A DNA stretch of 64,000 nucleotides, from NCBI RefSeq assembly GCF_964204645.1, contig NC_134036.1, forward strand, positions 8,284,812 through 8,348,811, read 5' to 3'. The first letter of the stretch is position 1. Every line of letters starts with the position of its first letter. Below are positions 37,711 to 51,384 of this stretch, piece by piece. A program made the position numbers and the translations under genes. The notes under the pieces are model-generated. The model had not been told where the DNA came from. It searched no databases and saw only the letters and a program-made list of their open reading frames with translations. Origin of the DNA: Tubulanus polymorphus. Lineage: Eukaryota > Animalia > Nemertea.

Positions 37711-39902
37711 TCACCAACTAATGATTTTGATAAATTATCTAATGAACTACCTAAAAATCTATATGAATCTATAAATCTTAGACACCCAAATTGGAATGAT
37801 ATATAATCTTCAGATGTTTTAGCTAACATTTTAAATTTATAAGTTGGTATTTTATCTTTTGATCTATATGAATTCAATCTTTCTATTTCATTATTGATTT
37901 CTTCTATCTAATGGCTCAATTGCTTGATGAATAAATGTGCATCATACCCTGATAAATTGTGAAATATTCCTGGAACAAAATTGATTTTCTTAGCTTGTAA
38001 GTTACAATTCTCGTGCGCCGCGCCTCTAAACTTTCCATTCAAATGATCATGGTCTCTTACTTTTTTATCTTTATAATTAAATATCTTTTCACAATAATAA
38101 CATTTATCAGCACACTCAAATTCTTTTTTATCTTCTTCTGTCATAATTATTTCTATATTTGTATCTAATAGTTTACTAAATTCGATTTCATATTCAATTA
38201 ATAAGTCACAAAAATGATTGATAACATTTTCATTTCTATAATGATAATATTCACTTTCAATTAGTTCTGGATAATCAGATTTTATATATAATCCAAAAGC
38301 TGCAGCTGATTGATGCATCTTTTTAATAGTATTTGTTATTAGAGGATCTGAATAATCGATAACATAATTTTCATTAGAATTTAATTTCTTTCTTTTATGA
38401 AATATTTCTTTTCTATCTTGATCAGTTAATTCTTTATTTAATGATTCAAAATCTCCATATATTACAAATGGCACTTTATTCTTGTAATTATATTTTTTTT
38501 ATATTCTAATACTTTATCCTTTTCATTTGGTAAAACTATTTTACAATAATCATGATTTTCACATAATTGTTTATGATTTGATAATGCACTTTCGGTTCTG
38601 AATTTAGTTATACATTTTCTACATAGATATATTTCATTATCAAAATCATTTTCTGATTTGAAAAATAAATCAATACGTTTTATCCATATATAACGATTCT
38701 CGTAATATAGTATATCTATAACATCATTTGAATCATAATCTTTTGATAAGTATAGAGGTTCTAATGTATAATGTTTAATATTATTACCTTTTGTTTTTGG
38801 TGATTTGATTTAATCGAATACATTTATTTTTAGATTATTATCTCTTTCTATTTTTGGAATATTTTTAATTCTAACTGGATAATTAACTATCTTATGATTA
38901 TTTTCAAATTGTTTATAATTTGTTAATCTAAAACTATGTTGTTTATAATCTTCAACTGGGTGTAAGCAACTAATAATTGACAATAGAAAACATTTATCAT
39001 CAGAATTTTGTACATTTATAACAGCATTAGTTTTAAATGGTAATTTGATATAACTTGATCCATTAATATTATCATCTTTATAATATGATTAATTATTTTC
39101 ATCAATTGGTTTTGATTTAGTTAACTTATTATATCTTGTGTTATAAACATGTAAAGTCATAAATATTATTTCATCAAAAATTAAACCAGACCCTTCAAAA
39201 TATTTCTCTTCTATTTTACTTTTTATTTCATTATAACATTTATCTAATTTATCATCTATATGTTGTTTTGAAATAATATGTTGTGAATGAGAATTTATAT
39301 TATATATTGGTTTATCTTCAGATTTTATAAACTTTACTTAAGAAGATATACTTATTTTAGGGTATTCAACATCTGTAATTATTTTTATAATATTTTTAAT
39401 ATTTTCTAAATGTTTTTTATTTTCTTCTAAGGTTTTCCTTTACGAAATTTAAACTCAATAGCAGCTGGAACAATATCACATTAAATGTTTCAGTTATCTC
39501 CATTTCTTCTTTATTATCTAATGAATTAATGTAATTTCTTACATCTTCCATGTATGGCCCTTTATTGTTTAATTTATTTTTTATTCTTTTAATTGTCTTC
39601 TGTTTCTTATCATTACCTTTATCAAAATAATCCTCACCTAAACTATCATTATTCATATTTCTAATATGACTTAAATGTTCTTTGTAATATCTTTTATCAC
39701 TGAATGATTGATTACATGTATCACATTTGTATGTTTCTTTTTCATTCTTTAATTCATCTAATTTAGTTAATTATATATCATCTTTATATTCTAACTGAAA
39801 ATTATTTTCTAAATGTGTTCTAGTTTTATTATGTCTTGCTTTTTGGGATTTATCTATATTGATTTTACATGCCGGACAGTAGTACTTCTTATTTGCTTCC
39901 AT
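37710..39902 (-). pseudogene. Protein-primed family B DNA polymerase (Polinton-type), N-terminal and exonuclease part only
   Basis: N-terminal zinc fingers (YYCPAC..H, YKCDTC..H), GSSYIKLP, INVQNSDDKCF, PFVIYGDFES (ExoI), CYYC..VRDHDHLNGKFRGAAHENCN, FHNLSGYDAHLFIK (ExoII), LRFIDSYRFLGSSLDNL; several stops and frameshifts; polymerase domain absent. Confidence 0.9.
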
Positions 39903-39934
39903 TTTAATACTAGATTCTTTATCAAAATTGATTT

Positions 39935-40382
39935 TAAAATAATACATATTAGATACCTTAATGCTTAAAACCCCCTTTTTCTAAAATATATATTACTTAT
40001 TTTAATTTTTCAACTAAGTTTGAAATAATAAAGGTTATTTTAGATTAATACATATTAGATACATAAATAATTAAATATGTATTAGATACGTATTAGATAT
40101 GTATTAGATACGTATTAGATACATAAATACTTAAAACCTTGTTTTTAAAAATAAATATTATCTATACAATTTTCAACCAATTTATTTTTATTTTTTTAAC
40201 TTAGTTTGAAAATAATAAAGGTTAATTATTATTACTGAGGTTTCAATATAAATTAAAAAAATTATAATTTAAGGTATTTTCAAATAATATGTATTAGATA
40301 TGTATTAGATACGTATTAGATACATAAATACTTAAAACCCCTTTTTTATTAACTATTATTTTATACAATTTTCAACCAATAT
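39935..40382. repeat. Duplicated AT-rich intergenic block with 11-bp GTATTAGATAy tandem repeats upstream of pPolB
   Basis: GTATTAGATAC/T x4 at ~40079-40122 and x3 at ~40291-40323; flanks (CTTAAAACC, TTTCAACCAAT, AATAATAAAGGTT) also duplicated. Confidence 0.75.
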
Positions 40383-40383
40383 A

Positions 40384-41214
40384 TTATGTGTGATAATTAA
40401 CATCATTTTCATCATCATTCTCCAATTCACCATCAGACTCTAACAATTTATTCAACCTCTCTACCGAATCATCATTAAATTCTTCATTATAATCCTTTTT
40501 TATCCTATCTACCACATCATTAATTTGTTTTACTACTTTACGTTTCGTCCAATCTATATAATCTTTATTATCAATATGCTTTCCAGTAACTATATATTCA
40601 TTGTCATCTTTCTTAGTGTTTGACTCCAACATTTCATTTACAATGTTTGATCCTAATATTTTTTAGCAGCAGATAAATCTAATTTATCATCTACGTTCCT
40701 TAGATAAAAATTCACCTAATGAATCTTTATATAAATCTTTACCATTTACTTTTTTATTTGAAACAAACTTTGTTACATATCTAAATGGGTGTTCTATAAA
40801 TTCTCTTATACCAACAGGCTCTATTACATTAGTAATATGTGAAGCTGTATTTATATGATTATTCCAATTTGATGGACTGTTTGAAAATTCACCTTTACAG
40901 TAACTACAATAATTTCTATTTTCACTAATATTTAATATTATTTCATTTTTAGGCGTAGAAGGTAAAACATTATTTGTTGTAGAAGGTAAAACATTATTTG
41001 ATGTAGAAGGTAAAACATTATTATCAATTTCATTACTTAAATTATCAGCAACTTCACTTTTATTACTATCGATTTCTATTAGTTTAGTTTTATAATTTTT
41101 GAAAATAGGATCAAATATCAAAGCTATATTACAAGGTATTACATAATATAAGCCATCATTATTTTCATGTTTATCGATGTATGGAATATGTTTATATACT
41201 TTACCTGCATCCAT
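40384..41214 (-). pseudogene. Viral hypothetical protein with a C2H2 (matrin/U1-like) zinc finger; probably one gene split into the 175-aa and 82-aa ORFs
   Basis: CSYC..FSNSPSNWNNHINTASH; NNVLPST x3; starts 33 bp after the capsid stop. Confidence 0.6.
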
Positions 41215-41246
41215 TTATTATAAAATTTTTTATTAAATTCAAAATT

Positions 41247-42033
41247 TTAATACATAACACTATTTAATTGAGAATTTACAATATTTAATTGTGCGTCAGA
41301 TATAATATAAATGTGCATTTTGAAATTTAAGCTTGCTTTTTTCTTTGTCATGAATAATTGTATTCCATCTTTAGTGTTCTGTAGTTTTTTGCCAGAACCA
41401 TGTAATGAATTATCATCTGTTGTTCTGAAATCTAACCATAGTGCGTATTTATTATCGGTATAATAATCAATTTGATTAATATTACAATTTTCAGATGATT
41501 TTACTTTTTCATTCATAAAATGTTTTCTAATTTCTGGCCATTGATCAATCATTCTCATTCCTTGACAAACTATTTCATTTGCTATACCTTCGATAGTTAT
41601 TTTTGTTATTTCAGGATTATAAAAATCATCGACCTGTTTTGCGCCATTAGAATATGTTGCAATGGTAAAAAATATTAATTTACCTTTAATAGATCTTCTT
41701 GGGAAGTTTATATTCTCATTAATAATTTCATCACTTGCATTAATAGTTACAGTTTTAAATTTATCAACATAATCATAAAATAATGAAAATCCTTGATTGT
41801 ATTGAGTTTGAATTATACTTGAAATATTTTCATCAGTTACCGTGTCATATTCTAAACATATATTCGATAATTTATAACCCATATCTTTAACAACGCTAGA
41901 TTATACAATTTCATTAACAGGAGCAAATATTATTTCGAATATAAAATCTTCTTGAATTGCGTATTTATAAAGGTGCATTATTATTTATCAATTCAAAATC
42001 TAATGGAATTTGATATTTGCTTCCATAAATCTT
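41247..42033 (-). pseudogene. Major capsid protein, C-terminal part
   Basis: KIYGSKYQIPLDFEL (frameshift, stop) then YKLSNICLEYDTV..NFPRRSIKG..FYNPEITKITIEG..KYALWLDFRTTDDNSLHGSGKKLQN..SDAQLNI. Confidence 0.75.
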
Positions 42034-43734
42034 GTAGTGTATTGTCAAGTGGAGCAAAAGAATTGATGAATGAATCATCGAGAAGAACTTAGTCATCAAT
42101 TGGTGGAATTTCCTCTACTATCTGCCGAGTTTCGAGTGGCGATTCACCCGTATTGGAGCATGTCTTTTTGCTTCTCCTAAACAGAAAATTGACACGAAAT
42201 CAACATAGGAAAGGAATTGAAAGATACACATCATTTCTTGCACGCAGGAAACATTCTAGACTGGATGTGTATCTTTCTAAAAACAAGGTAGCCTTAAATT
42301 AACACGCTATTCAATGCATTTTGCATTGGGCACGCCTATAGTTGGTATCAAATGAGGTCATGACTCGCTGTACCCATGCGTACACCAAACAGGGTCCACT
42401 CTATGCACTTCTATATGAACTTCAAAATAAATGAATAAAACACATTATGAATGAGAAATTAATTGGTATTACTAGGACTTATTATTAAATAAATTATGTC
42501 CATAGGCTATATATTTTGTAAATTAAAGTTTATAATCTGCATCTTGCAGTTGGATTAGTAGTTAGTAGTAAAATTGAAATGAAACATTAATAAGAATACT
42601 GAAAACAGTGAAACTCACCTTTCATTTTCAAGATTTGTAGGTCAGATTCCATTCTCTTGACATTCTGTTATTATTGTACATGTGTAATTTGTTTCGATTT
42701 TATTTATTGTATTTGTCACTAATCGCTCTTAGCCAGAAAAAAATAAACAAAATCATAATCTTATCTGTATCACTGTGTTTTGTGTTTATCGGATCAGTCA
42801 TCAATGGAATGCTGTTAAAATTGGGATTGGTATTTGAATTCTATTGAATCGAACATGCTGTAACAGACTTAAATCTGATCTGGGTTCAGTTCACATTCCA
42901 AATTTTGTGTGTAGTTGCTATTGGTTACGTCATTTCAACAATTCAAACTTCAGCTGGTACCTAGACTTTTTTTGGTTAAATTGGCCCCTAGCGATGATCT
43001 ATATATAATTTCCTCAACAATATGGTTTTGAACGCGAGTCAGAAAATTGTGAATCATTGGAGGTACTGACCACTCCTACTAGACTTTTACAAATGGATAA
43101 ACCAGAAAAATGAACATAGAAAACAACATATATGGAAAACTTATTTTTCAAAAATTTATTCAGCATTTGTTGAAATCCAGAACTCAAAACAAAGAATTTA
43201 ACACGAACAGTATCTTGAAATAGCTGTATTCACTGAGAGATCAAAATTCAAGTACCATGCTTAGAATTCATGGAATATTAATGAGTGAAGTTAACGACCA
43301 AATTCTTGTATATTCACAGTGAATACATCAAATGTTTTTCTTTTAGTTAATTGATTTAAGAATCTAAGATAAAGCTCTTACTAATCTTTGCCATCTTTTC
43401 TTTGAATGAGTTTTTCTTGCGGCCATCTCCATAGACAAAGCTTTTTCGTTTCCTACGGTTGGAATCCATCCGAAAATCGAGTGCAATATAATTGTAATTC
43501 GTAATTCGTATATATGCGTCTTGCATGGTTTGAAACAAAACCTAATTTCAGTTATTTGTAAATCTGATTTACATACGATTTCTTTATTAATCGAGATCCA
43601 TAAGGATCGGTAAAATACTTCACTCAGGGGAGGCGAGGATATAGCAGACAATTTATATCATATTGTTTAAGGCCTAAGCTAAGTTGTAATAAATGGAAAC
43701 ACTATGAATATCAAAGTGTACTAAATATCTTACC
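42034..43734 (-). pseudogene. Remnant exons of an unidentified minus-strand gene (42664-42619, 42176-42034; further donor at 43734)
   Basis: Strong splice signals (AAG|gtgagt, ctgtttag|G, CAG|gtaaga); best frame has in-frame stops; no recognisable domain. Confidence 0.35.
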
Positions 43735-45388
43735 TGAAAATCCAACGAAAATACGAGAATAAATCTTTAATTGCAGATTGGGTTTATTCGATGAAATTCA
43801 AAGTCAGAATAGTCTGAGCTGGACCTTGATGACTCTGGTTCCACCTACAACCCCAATCTAGCAAAGATTCATCTGATTGGATGATCCATGTACTTGGGCT
43901 CTGACAACGGATATATGCTAGATTGCCAAGAAAACAAACTTAGTAAATTAGTGTCACCATTAAGTATCTAGGCAAATGTAGCGGTTTGTTGACTTTAAGA
44001 TACTATGAGAACAAAGCTTTCTCAGACCAGAGTAGGCTTGGCAGTCATAAATGGTACAAAGAGAAACAAGAAAATAATCTCAGATAAAAAATGATTGTTA
44101 AAATGTTATTTTTCAAAAATGTAAATCTGATATTTGAAAAGCTATATTTATGCAGATCAAATCTATGTCTACCATGACATAGTTATTTCAAAAATGAAAC
44201 TGCCAAATCAAGAAAGTACGTTTTGTAAAAATGAATAATATTGGTTTGCTATATCGGCATGAATGTAGGGGGCCTTGCACACATAAGCATTATTTTGCTT
44301 CTCCAAGACCCTGCCCTTTTATTACAACATGAATATCTTCATGGACGTATAAACTAGAGCTTAACACTAGTCTATGCGCCCATGATGACACTTACATGTA
44401 ACATACCTTGTATTCTTTTATATAACTTTGTATGTATATAATCGTGTTGTAATTCGAGGGAAAATAAAGTTATATATTATATTATATTATAAAAAGCCGA
44501 CCGACGGCCGCGGTTAAACCGTACGGGTTTTACCGCAGGTCTTTAAGGCATTGACAAGACAAATCTAAGCCAAAACTCCATTGTTATCATATTATTTGCA
44601 AGTTTGGATACTGAATTGAATAGCCTACTCGGCTATATTCGTAATACCGAACAAATTAAAAGCCAACATACGAATGAAATGCTCGCCATTTTGCTTCAGC
44701 GAGTTCCATATGGGGCTTTCCCAATGGGCTTTCCCAATTACATCAGAAGCGCCGAAATTCCAGGAATTTCCCGTATATCCCACAAACAGCCAATCACATT
44801 CATTGTAGCTCAGGTAACAAGGTCAACTCAGATAAATAGAAGCGAGACAATTCAGGGGGCTTATAAAGTGAGGGCCTGTAGGTCGAAAAGTACATCGAGA
44901 TGAGTCGCACAAAAAATGACAACACTTCCAGGAAGGATTGAATTTTTATATATTTCAATTCCAAGTATGCAAATTGTCATAGGTAAAAACGTGTCATTAC
45001 TTAGTGCTAAAAAGCAGGGTTTTTACGTGTTTTTCAAGAATAAGTCCCCTAAAAATAACTCGATCACTATGAAATTTCAGTGGGCTCAAGAACTCACTAA
45101 GCCAAACCATGACACAAAAAATCAACACTATTTGTTCAACAGCCAATGTTTGTGCCCTGTTGACGCACCGGTACTCTTTTCATTTCCAATGAAAACTGCT
45201 TCACCAGACCGTTCGCATAGGCAAACCTACGGTTCGCCAAAAATCATGATAATGAATACAAAGCAAATCAGCGAAAACGTGTTTTCCGGTTTGAATGCCA
45301 AGCGGTAATCTTAATCTTAATCACCGTCACTACATTCTAAAATACGTTCTTTGTATAGGTTAAGAATGAATCACCCTAGGTGTATAAA

Positions 45389-45837
45389 GAGTAGAACTGG
45401 CGTATGTCGGACAGCTTTAATTGGGAAAATTGGCAAAGTCAGCCGAAATTTCAAGTCCCGATTTTTTAAGTTCATTTTTTGTCTCATAGTCGGATTATAG
45501 AAGTCGGAAATTCGGCTAAAATTAATGTTTGAAAAGTGTCGAAGTAATGCATTTTTCAATCTCTTAGTCAGTCGGCTAATTTCAGTTCTTATTCGACACT
45601 GGCGCGCAGCGTCTATTATTTAACGGTCGATCGATTTTTCGTCGAAGGACACATGTTAATCGCATATTTAGAATAGTAGTCGGGTAGTCGGCTATCGTAT
45701 AGGGTATTGACCCCGTGTCACTCATTTGTTAATTTTAGGGTCTTAATCTATGTAGGTAACTCGGATTCTTCTAAGAAAGTCCGCTTATTGATAATCGGAA
45801 TTTTTCTAAGTCGACTATGCCTTCGCCAGTTCTACTG
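45389..45837. mobile_element. MITE with Tc1/pogo-like termini
   Basis: AGTAGAACTGGCG...CGCCAGTTCTACTG followed by TA. Confidence 0.55.
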
Positions 45838-47508
45838 TAAAGAGAATAGATATCTGTATAGGAATGCTGTGACAGATTGAGACTCTTATGTTACGAAGTA
45901 GTTCATTCCAAAGAATTGAAACCGATTATATAATTGTGGAATCATTTCCGAAGTTTATGAGGTGGCACATCGCTCAGACCGAGGCAGCCAATGTAAATCG
46001 GAAGTTAAATAATCGTTTCTATTTGCTCCAACAATCACCCGAGCAACATTATTTTTACAAGCTTTAACTTCTATTGAAGCTCAATGGATGATCCCAGGAG
46101 CAAAGAGTTAGCATAATCTAATCTAGATATAGTTAAGAATTGACAGCCATCTTGCATGCATCAGTGTCTAACATGTCGGGTTTTACTCAGACAATATACA
46201 CATTATAATTATAGCCTTCCTGCAAACCTGATTAGCATGTTGAAACTACTAAGCCGGTGTCAGATGGTCCAACCTGGTCCAGATACGCAGATTGAATTCA
46301 TTATTCACTAATTTAATGCATTCAGGATTTTATCTCCTGTCGTCTGTACTGGGTATAATAACTAATGCAATCTCGCCGCATTTTAGTCGAAAGCAATCCG
46401 CTTATTCCGCTTATTCCTGTCTGTTCTATGAATTACTACAGTCAGAATCGTATGTAATTCGTCCATATGTAAAATACGCAATCCATAGTTAAGGATGATA
46501 GGTATCTACGTATGTAATGCTTTTAGAGCATTTGATATGTATATCATAAATACTAATGTTTTTATCTCAATACAATGGATCACGATTAGTTTTTGGTTTC
46601 ATGTCTGTGAGCGTTAATCGAATTTTGTACCGCATGGAACCCGATTTAAACCATTTCCACTTAAGGTCCTTACAAAAGGTAGCTCTGCACTCATGAAGTA
46701 GATAATATCTAAGCGATTATCTTCGGTCGATAAAATTATGTGAATTTTGCTTGTTTTTGAACTAACGCAAAGCTTTGAAACCGGGTTAAAAAAACCTGGA
46801 CCAGCTGATTGGCCGATCTATGGGGATATTATATTATTAAAAAAAGTGAATATGTTTTTGAATGATTGCGAAATGTTCAGATTCAACAATTTTTCTGAAT
46901 GGCATAGCTTTAAATCATTGTTGAAACACGATATAGGTTGTTATTGGAGTAATGATTCTTCAGTGAACACGACACTGATCACGTATTTTAACACATTTAT
47001 CTTATAGCGCGTACGTTGTGTATATTGCTACAAACGATTTGTATTTTAAGTCCGATGAAGGATTCGTGGCGCGCCAGATTTTTCCTAGTACTGGGGGACG
47101 ACGTGGAAACCGTTATCGCCATCGGTACGGTAGTCGATATCTGCGTCATCGGCACACCTACACACCTGATGCATCCTGATTATTCACATAAACTGCATAA
47201 ACACAGAAATATGATCTTAATCTCGTTACGATGGATGAAAAGATTATTTCAAGCTGGGATTAAACGTATAAAATGAATTGATACTGTTATTATAACGAAC
47301 GTCTGCTATCTCGCCTGAATCAAGTGAAAAGGTTAGTATACGCATCACGGTCGGTTTTACCAATTAGCTGACATTCGTTAAACTATACATATTAACTTAC
47401 GGGTGGGTGGGTGTGCGAGTGTGAGTGTGAGTTTGACAAAATACACATTTGTCTCCCATGGGTTTTGCACTCATATAGTCGATAATCACGTTTTGTTTTC
47501 GATTTCAG

Positions 47509-50500
47509 ATGTCAAATTATTTCCTAACACTCGAACTCACGATACTAGTGGTGTCGTATATGACGTCATGCGCTATATCGCAGAATAACAACCGTAAGTT
47601 TCATTGTACTAGTGGACTGTGTATTTTATATTATTGTATCAAAAACTTATAAATCGTATCAATTTTGTTACAGTAGACAATATTCACATGTAATTCACAT
47701 CTTTCAGATAAAGAATGTAAAACGACCGAGTTGGGCAAAGAATACAGAGGAACTTTGAGTAAAACACAATCCGGCAAAACATGTCAGGCCTGGATATCTC
47801 AATCACCACACAAACATCAACGTTTCAACCCGAACAAGGGTACGACTTCGAATTATTGTAGAAACCCTGACAATGAACCAGCAGGACCATGGTGTTATAC
47901 GACTGATCCCGCAAAACGCTGGGAATACTGCGACGTAAAAATGTGTCAAGGTAAGAATATTATATCTGTCAGGCTGCCAAGTAACTCAAAAGTTATGTAC
48001 AATTAACTACACGGGCTATATTACGGCAAATTCTAAAAATACAGAAATGAAAAAAAAAATCCGAAAAGTTGCCTTGAACTATACATGTACGTTATCCTGA
48101 CCGGCTAGCTGCAAACATTTGTTAAAATTAACGGGTTGGTGAACGCTTCATTGATAATCGAACTTGATTTACCCTCTGATGATCATTACTAACGATAACA
48201 ATACTATATGAATCATCGACCTGTAAGGTTAAAATGCAACTGATTTTGGTTTTTGGCTTTATTCCTCTCGCACTTCTCAATGTTGACGACATGGTACCTG
48301 CTTAACCAATAACGACAAATGTGAGCACTGCAGCAAAACCAACTTAGCCGACTACAACTTTACCTACAAAAATGCCTTATTTTATTTTTTCCACGTGACA
48401 GGTGATTCATAATATACGCAGTATAATCCTGGTATATTCTCAATGTCTGCTTTAAAAAGATAATACTGGAGAATTAATTCACTAGCTCGAACAGACAAAA
48501 AACATGACTCTCTTACTTGTGGTAAAGTAGTAAAGTTTCTCATTGAATCTCCCACATCCATCATATGTATGATCCTGCATATTTCAGTTAAAGAATGCAA
48601 AATAACTACGTTGGGCAGAGAATACAGAGGAATTTTGAATCAAGCTCGATCCGGTAAAACTTGTCAAGCCTGGAAATCTCAATCACCTCACCATCATAAC
48701 CGGTTCAACCCTGCCAAGGGCACGACTTCAAATTACTGTAGAAACCCTGACAATTCACCAGAAGGACCCTGGTGTTATACGACTGATCCCGCGACACGCT
48801 GGGAATACTGCGACGTAAAAATGTGTTCAGGTAAATATCATACCTGCTATGAGGCCAGTTGTTCAGAAGTTAGTTGGGCTTTTAGAAAAAGGAGTACGAA
48901 AGATTTTCTCCAGGTGTACATGTACTTTATGACGACCTTCTACTGTATATTGATTTTCATTTTCAAGAATACTTAACACAGTTCCTGAATATGACTATAA
49001 GTTTACGGTATCACTTCGAAATAAAGTACTGTAAATGTAAAGCTCAAGGAGATCTCCTGAACTGAATTTCTCTTTTCTTTAGTAGTGATTTACACGAAAT
49101 CATCGTTTTTACGCGAGTATAGTGTTACACCAAGATCATTTTGTGTCGGCTGCAAACAAATCGATTAAAATTAACTGGTGAATAATTGCCAAAATAACAA
49201 TTGAAACTCAATGGAAACTTTGGTATTTGTTGGCAAGCATTTTAATGACTGACCTGTTTTGAATGCTGCAATCTATGTGGTTTAATTTTGTCACTGTGTC
49301 AATTATCCACTGGTTCGTTACTTTTACGGCAACTGCCCAACCATAAACAGCGCCTGAATGCATTGCAGCAAAACCATTATTAAGCCAATTTAAACTAGAC
49401 CTACGAACAGCACACATATTTTATCATTTCCAAAGGATGACTAACGCTAATTATGATCTGGGAAGTTTCTCAATTAATGCGTTAAAATGATAATTTTGTA
49501 CAACTCACTAGCCACAACGAACAAACAGCACGATACTTTTGTTTCTTTAGTTAATGTACGGGTAGTTATATTTCTCAGATCCTACGCCGTGACATATTTC
49601 AGTTAGAAAATGCAAAAGGACTAAATTGGGTCGAGAATACAGAGGAACTTTGAGTCAAGCACGCTCCGGTAAAACGTGTCAGGCCTGGAAATCTCAATCA
49701 CCTCACAGACATAACCGTTACGACATGCTCTCTGACAAGAACACGGCTGCAAACTATTGTAGAAACCCTGACGATTCACCAGAAGGACCCTGGTGTTATA
49801 CCACAGATCCCGCGACGCGCTGGGAATACTGTGACGTAAAGATCTGTCCAGGTAAATATATTATAAGAACCAGTAGGTGAGTTCCTCGAAACTCGGTTTA
49901 TGTTGAGCACCACCCATAAAACAGTAACGATACGGTATCATTGCTCAATTAATCAATGTCCACTGATTAAAACTTCAACAAGCCTTTGACCAACTTGCTC
50001 TTCTCAGGATATTCGTTAATAGTTACGATCATGTACTTCTACCGTGTAGCACCGAGGTTTCTGTGAAGTTCCATCCGTTGTGCCGACTTTACATCGTTAA
50101 ACGCCCATTAATTTCTAAATCGCATATTTAAATGCTGATAGATGCTGTCAGTCATTGACTTGGATGAAACTTGGTATTATTTACTCGTGATGCGGGAATG
50201 TCATTTAGTCATACAGTACAGTTCTATTTTATATGATTCATTGAAACGAATCAATAACGCGTTTTGGCTGTTTACTGATGTCAATATCGATCGAATATTT
50301 ACATTGGAAATGTTAGTTGTCTAAAGAGAAAAGCACAGTGATTGCTCTTTTGCAGTGATAGTTTCTTTTGTTTACTTTTTCACATTTTCTCTCTTCCTCG
50401 CCGCATGTTTTTCTACATCATCAGACGGCCCGAACTACATCGGATGTTTTAAAGATAGTCGTAGCAGAGATCTGACAACGTATGCGACAAAAAACACAAA

Positions 50501-50877
50501 AATGACTAGTGAGATGTGCATCGCTATTTGTAAGAAATTAGGTAATGATACAACATAGTTATTGTTATTGACCCGTGTCATATTCTGATGCTACCATCAA
50601 AATACTCTTTACACTTACCTACAAATGTGCTTGCGCGTGAGTGTTTTTAATGATTTCGCATATTAATCATCAAATGAATATTTGTCTTTGTTATTTGGTT
50701 TCATCAGGATTTAAATACGCTGGACTTCAATTTCGTTGGCATTGTCTGTGTGGTAACCGTGTGGGGAAATATGGTCAAAGGCCGGATTCCGAATGCAATG
50801 TGAACTGCCCAGGAAACGCGCATGAAAAATGTGGAGGCTTCTGGAGGAATTCTGTATACGCTACTTCTGATATTTAA
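47509..50877 (+). CDS. Secreted 3xKringle + WSC protein (368 aa); exons 47509-47593, 47708-47950, 48588-48830, 49603-49851, 50425-50541, 50708-50877
   Basis: Signal-peptide-like exon; three phase-1 kringle exons ([32 protein letters not shown]); WSC domain ([42 protein letters not shown]); 1107 nt with no internal stop; AATAAA ~40 nt after the stop. Confidence 0.92.
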
Positions 50878-51384
50878 GTTAAAGACGAGACAAATCCAAT
50901 GTTGATTCTTTAAGCGATAATAAAAATCCATTGATAATTGTCTTGTTCGCCGATGTTTGGTTTACCTGTGTTATCAACAGGTCGTTGACAGTCTGCCTGG
51001 GAAACTAGAAACATGTGATTTCTGCGCGTCTGTGCTACCTCAAAAAGTGGTTTGCTCGGAACTGCTTTGAAATTGATATTCTATCGACATAAGTACATTT
51101 CCGGGCTGAAATGATTTGGTACCAGATGCTGGTGCAGTCGGCATTATGGGAATGCGGTTTGCTAGCGTATCTATTTAACACCCGTATTGCTCGGGTTAGT
51201 TTTACTACCAACTGGTTGCGCTGTATGCAAATATCACATAAATCAACGACTTTCGGCTGTTAGCGGTACTTAAGACCACTTGAAAACATCATAGTCAATT
51301 ACGGTAGTAGTGCAAATAAAAAGATACAGGACAAAGGTACGGTGTACAGTTAGAGACACATGATTCCAAGCACCATAGCACCCA

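Larger units (their letters stand above)
37710..42033 (-). mobile_element. Polinton/Maverick-like endogenous virus fragment B
   Basis: Very AT-rich; co-oriented capsid C-half, zinc-finger ORF and protein-primed PolB. Confidence 0.85.

Noticed and set aside
15960-42050. An intact Polinton spanning both viral blocks
   Set aside because: No TIRs, 6-bp TSD, integrase, protease or ATPase were found; the intervening DNA is host genes and unrelated repeats.
42034-42176. Displaced juxtamembrane exon of the FN3 receptor (phase and RRSKK would fit)
   Set aside because: It is on the opposite strand and has its own phase-compatible upstream exon at 42619-42664; not supportable without a paralog.
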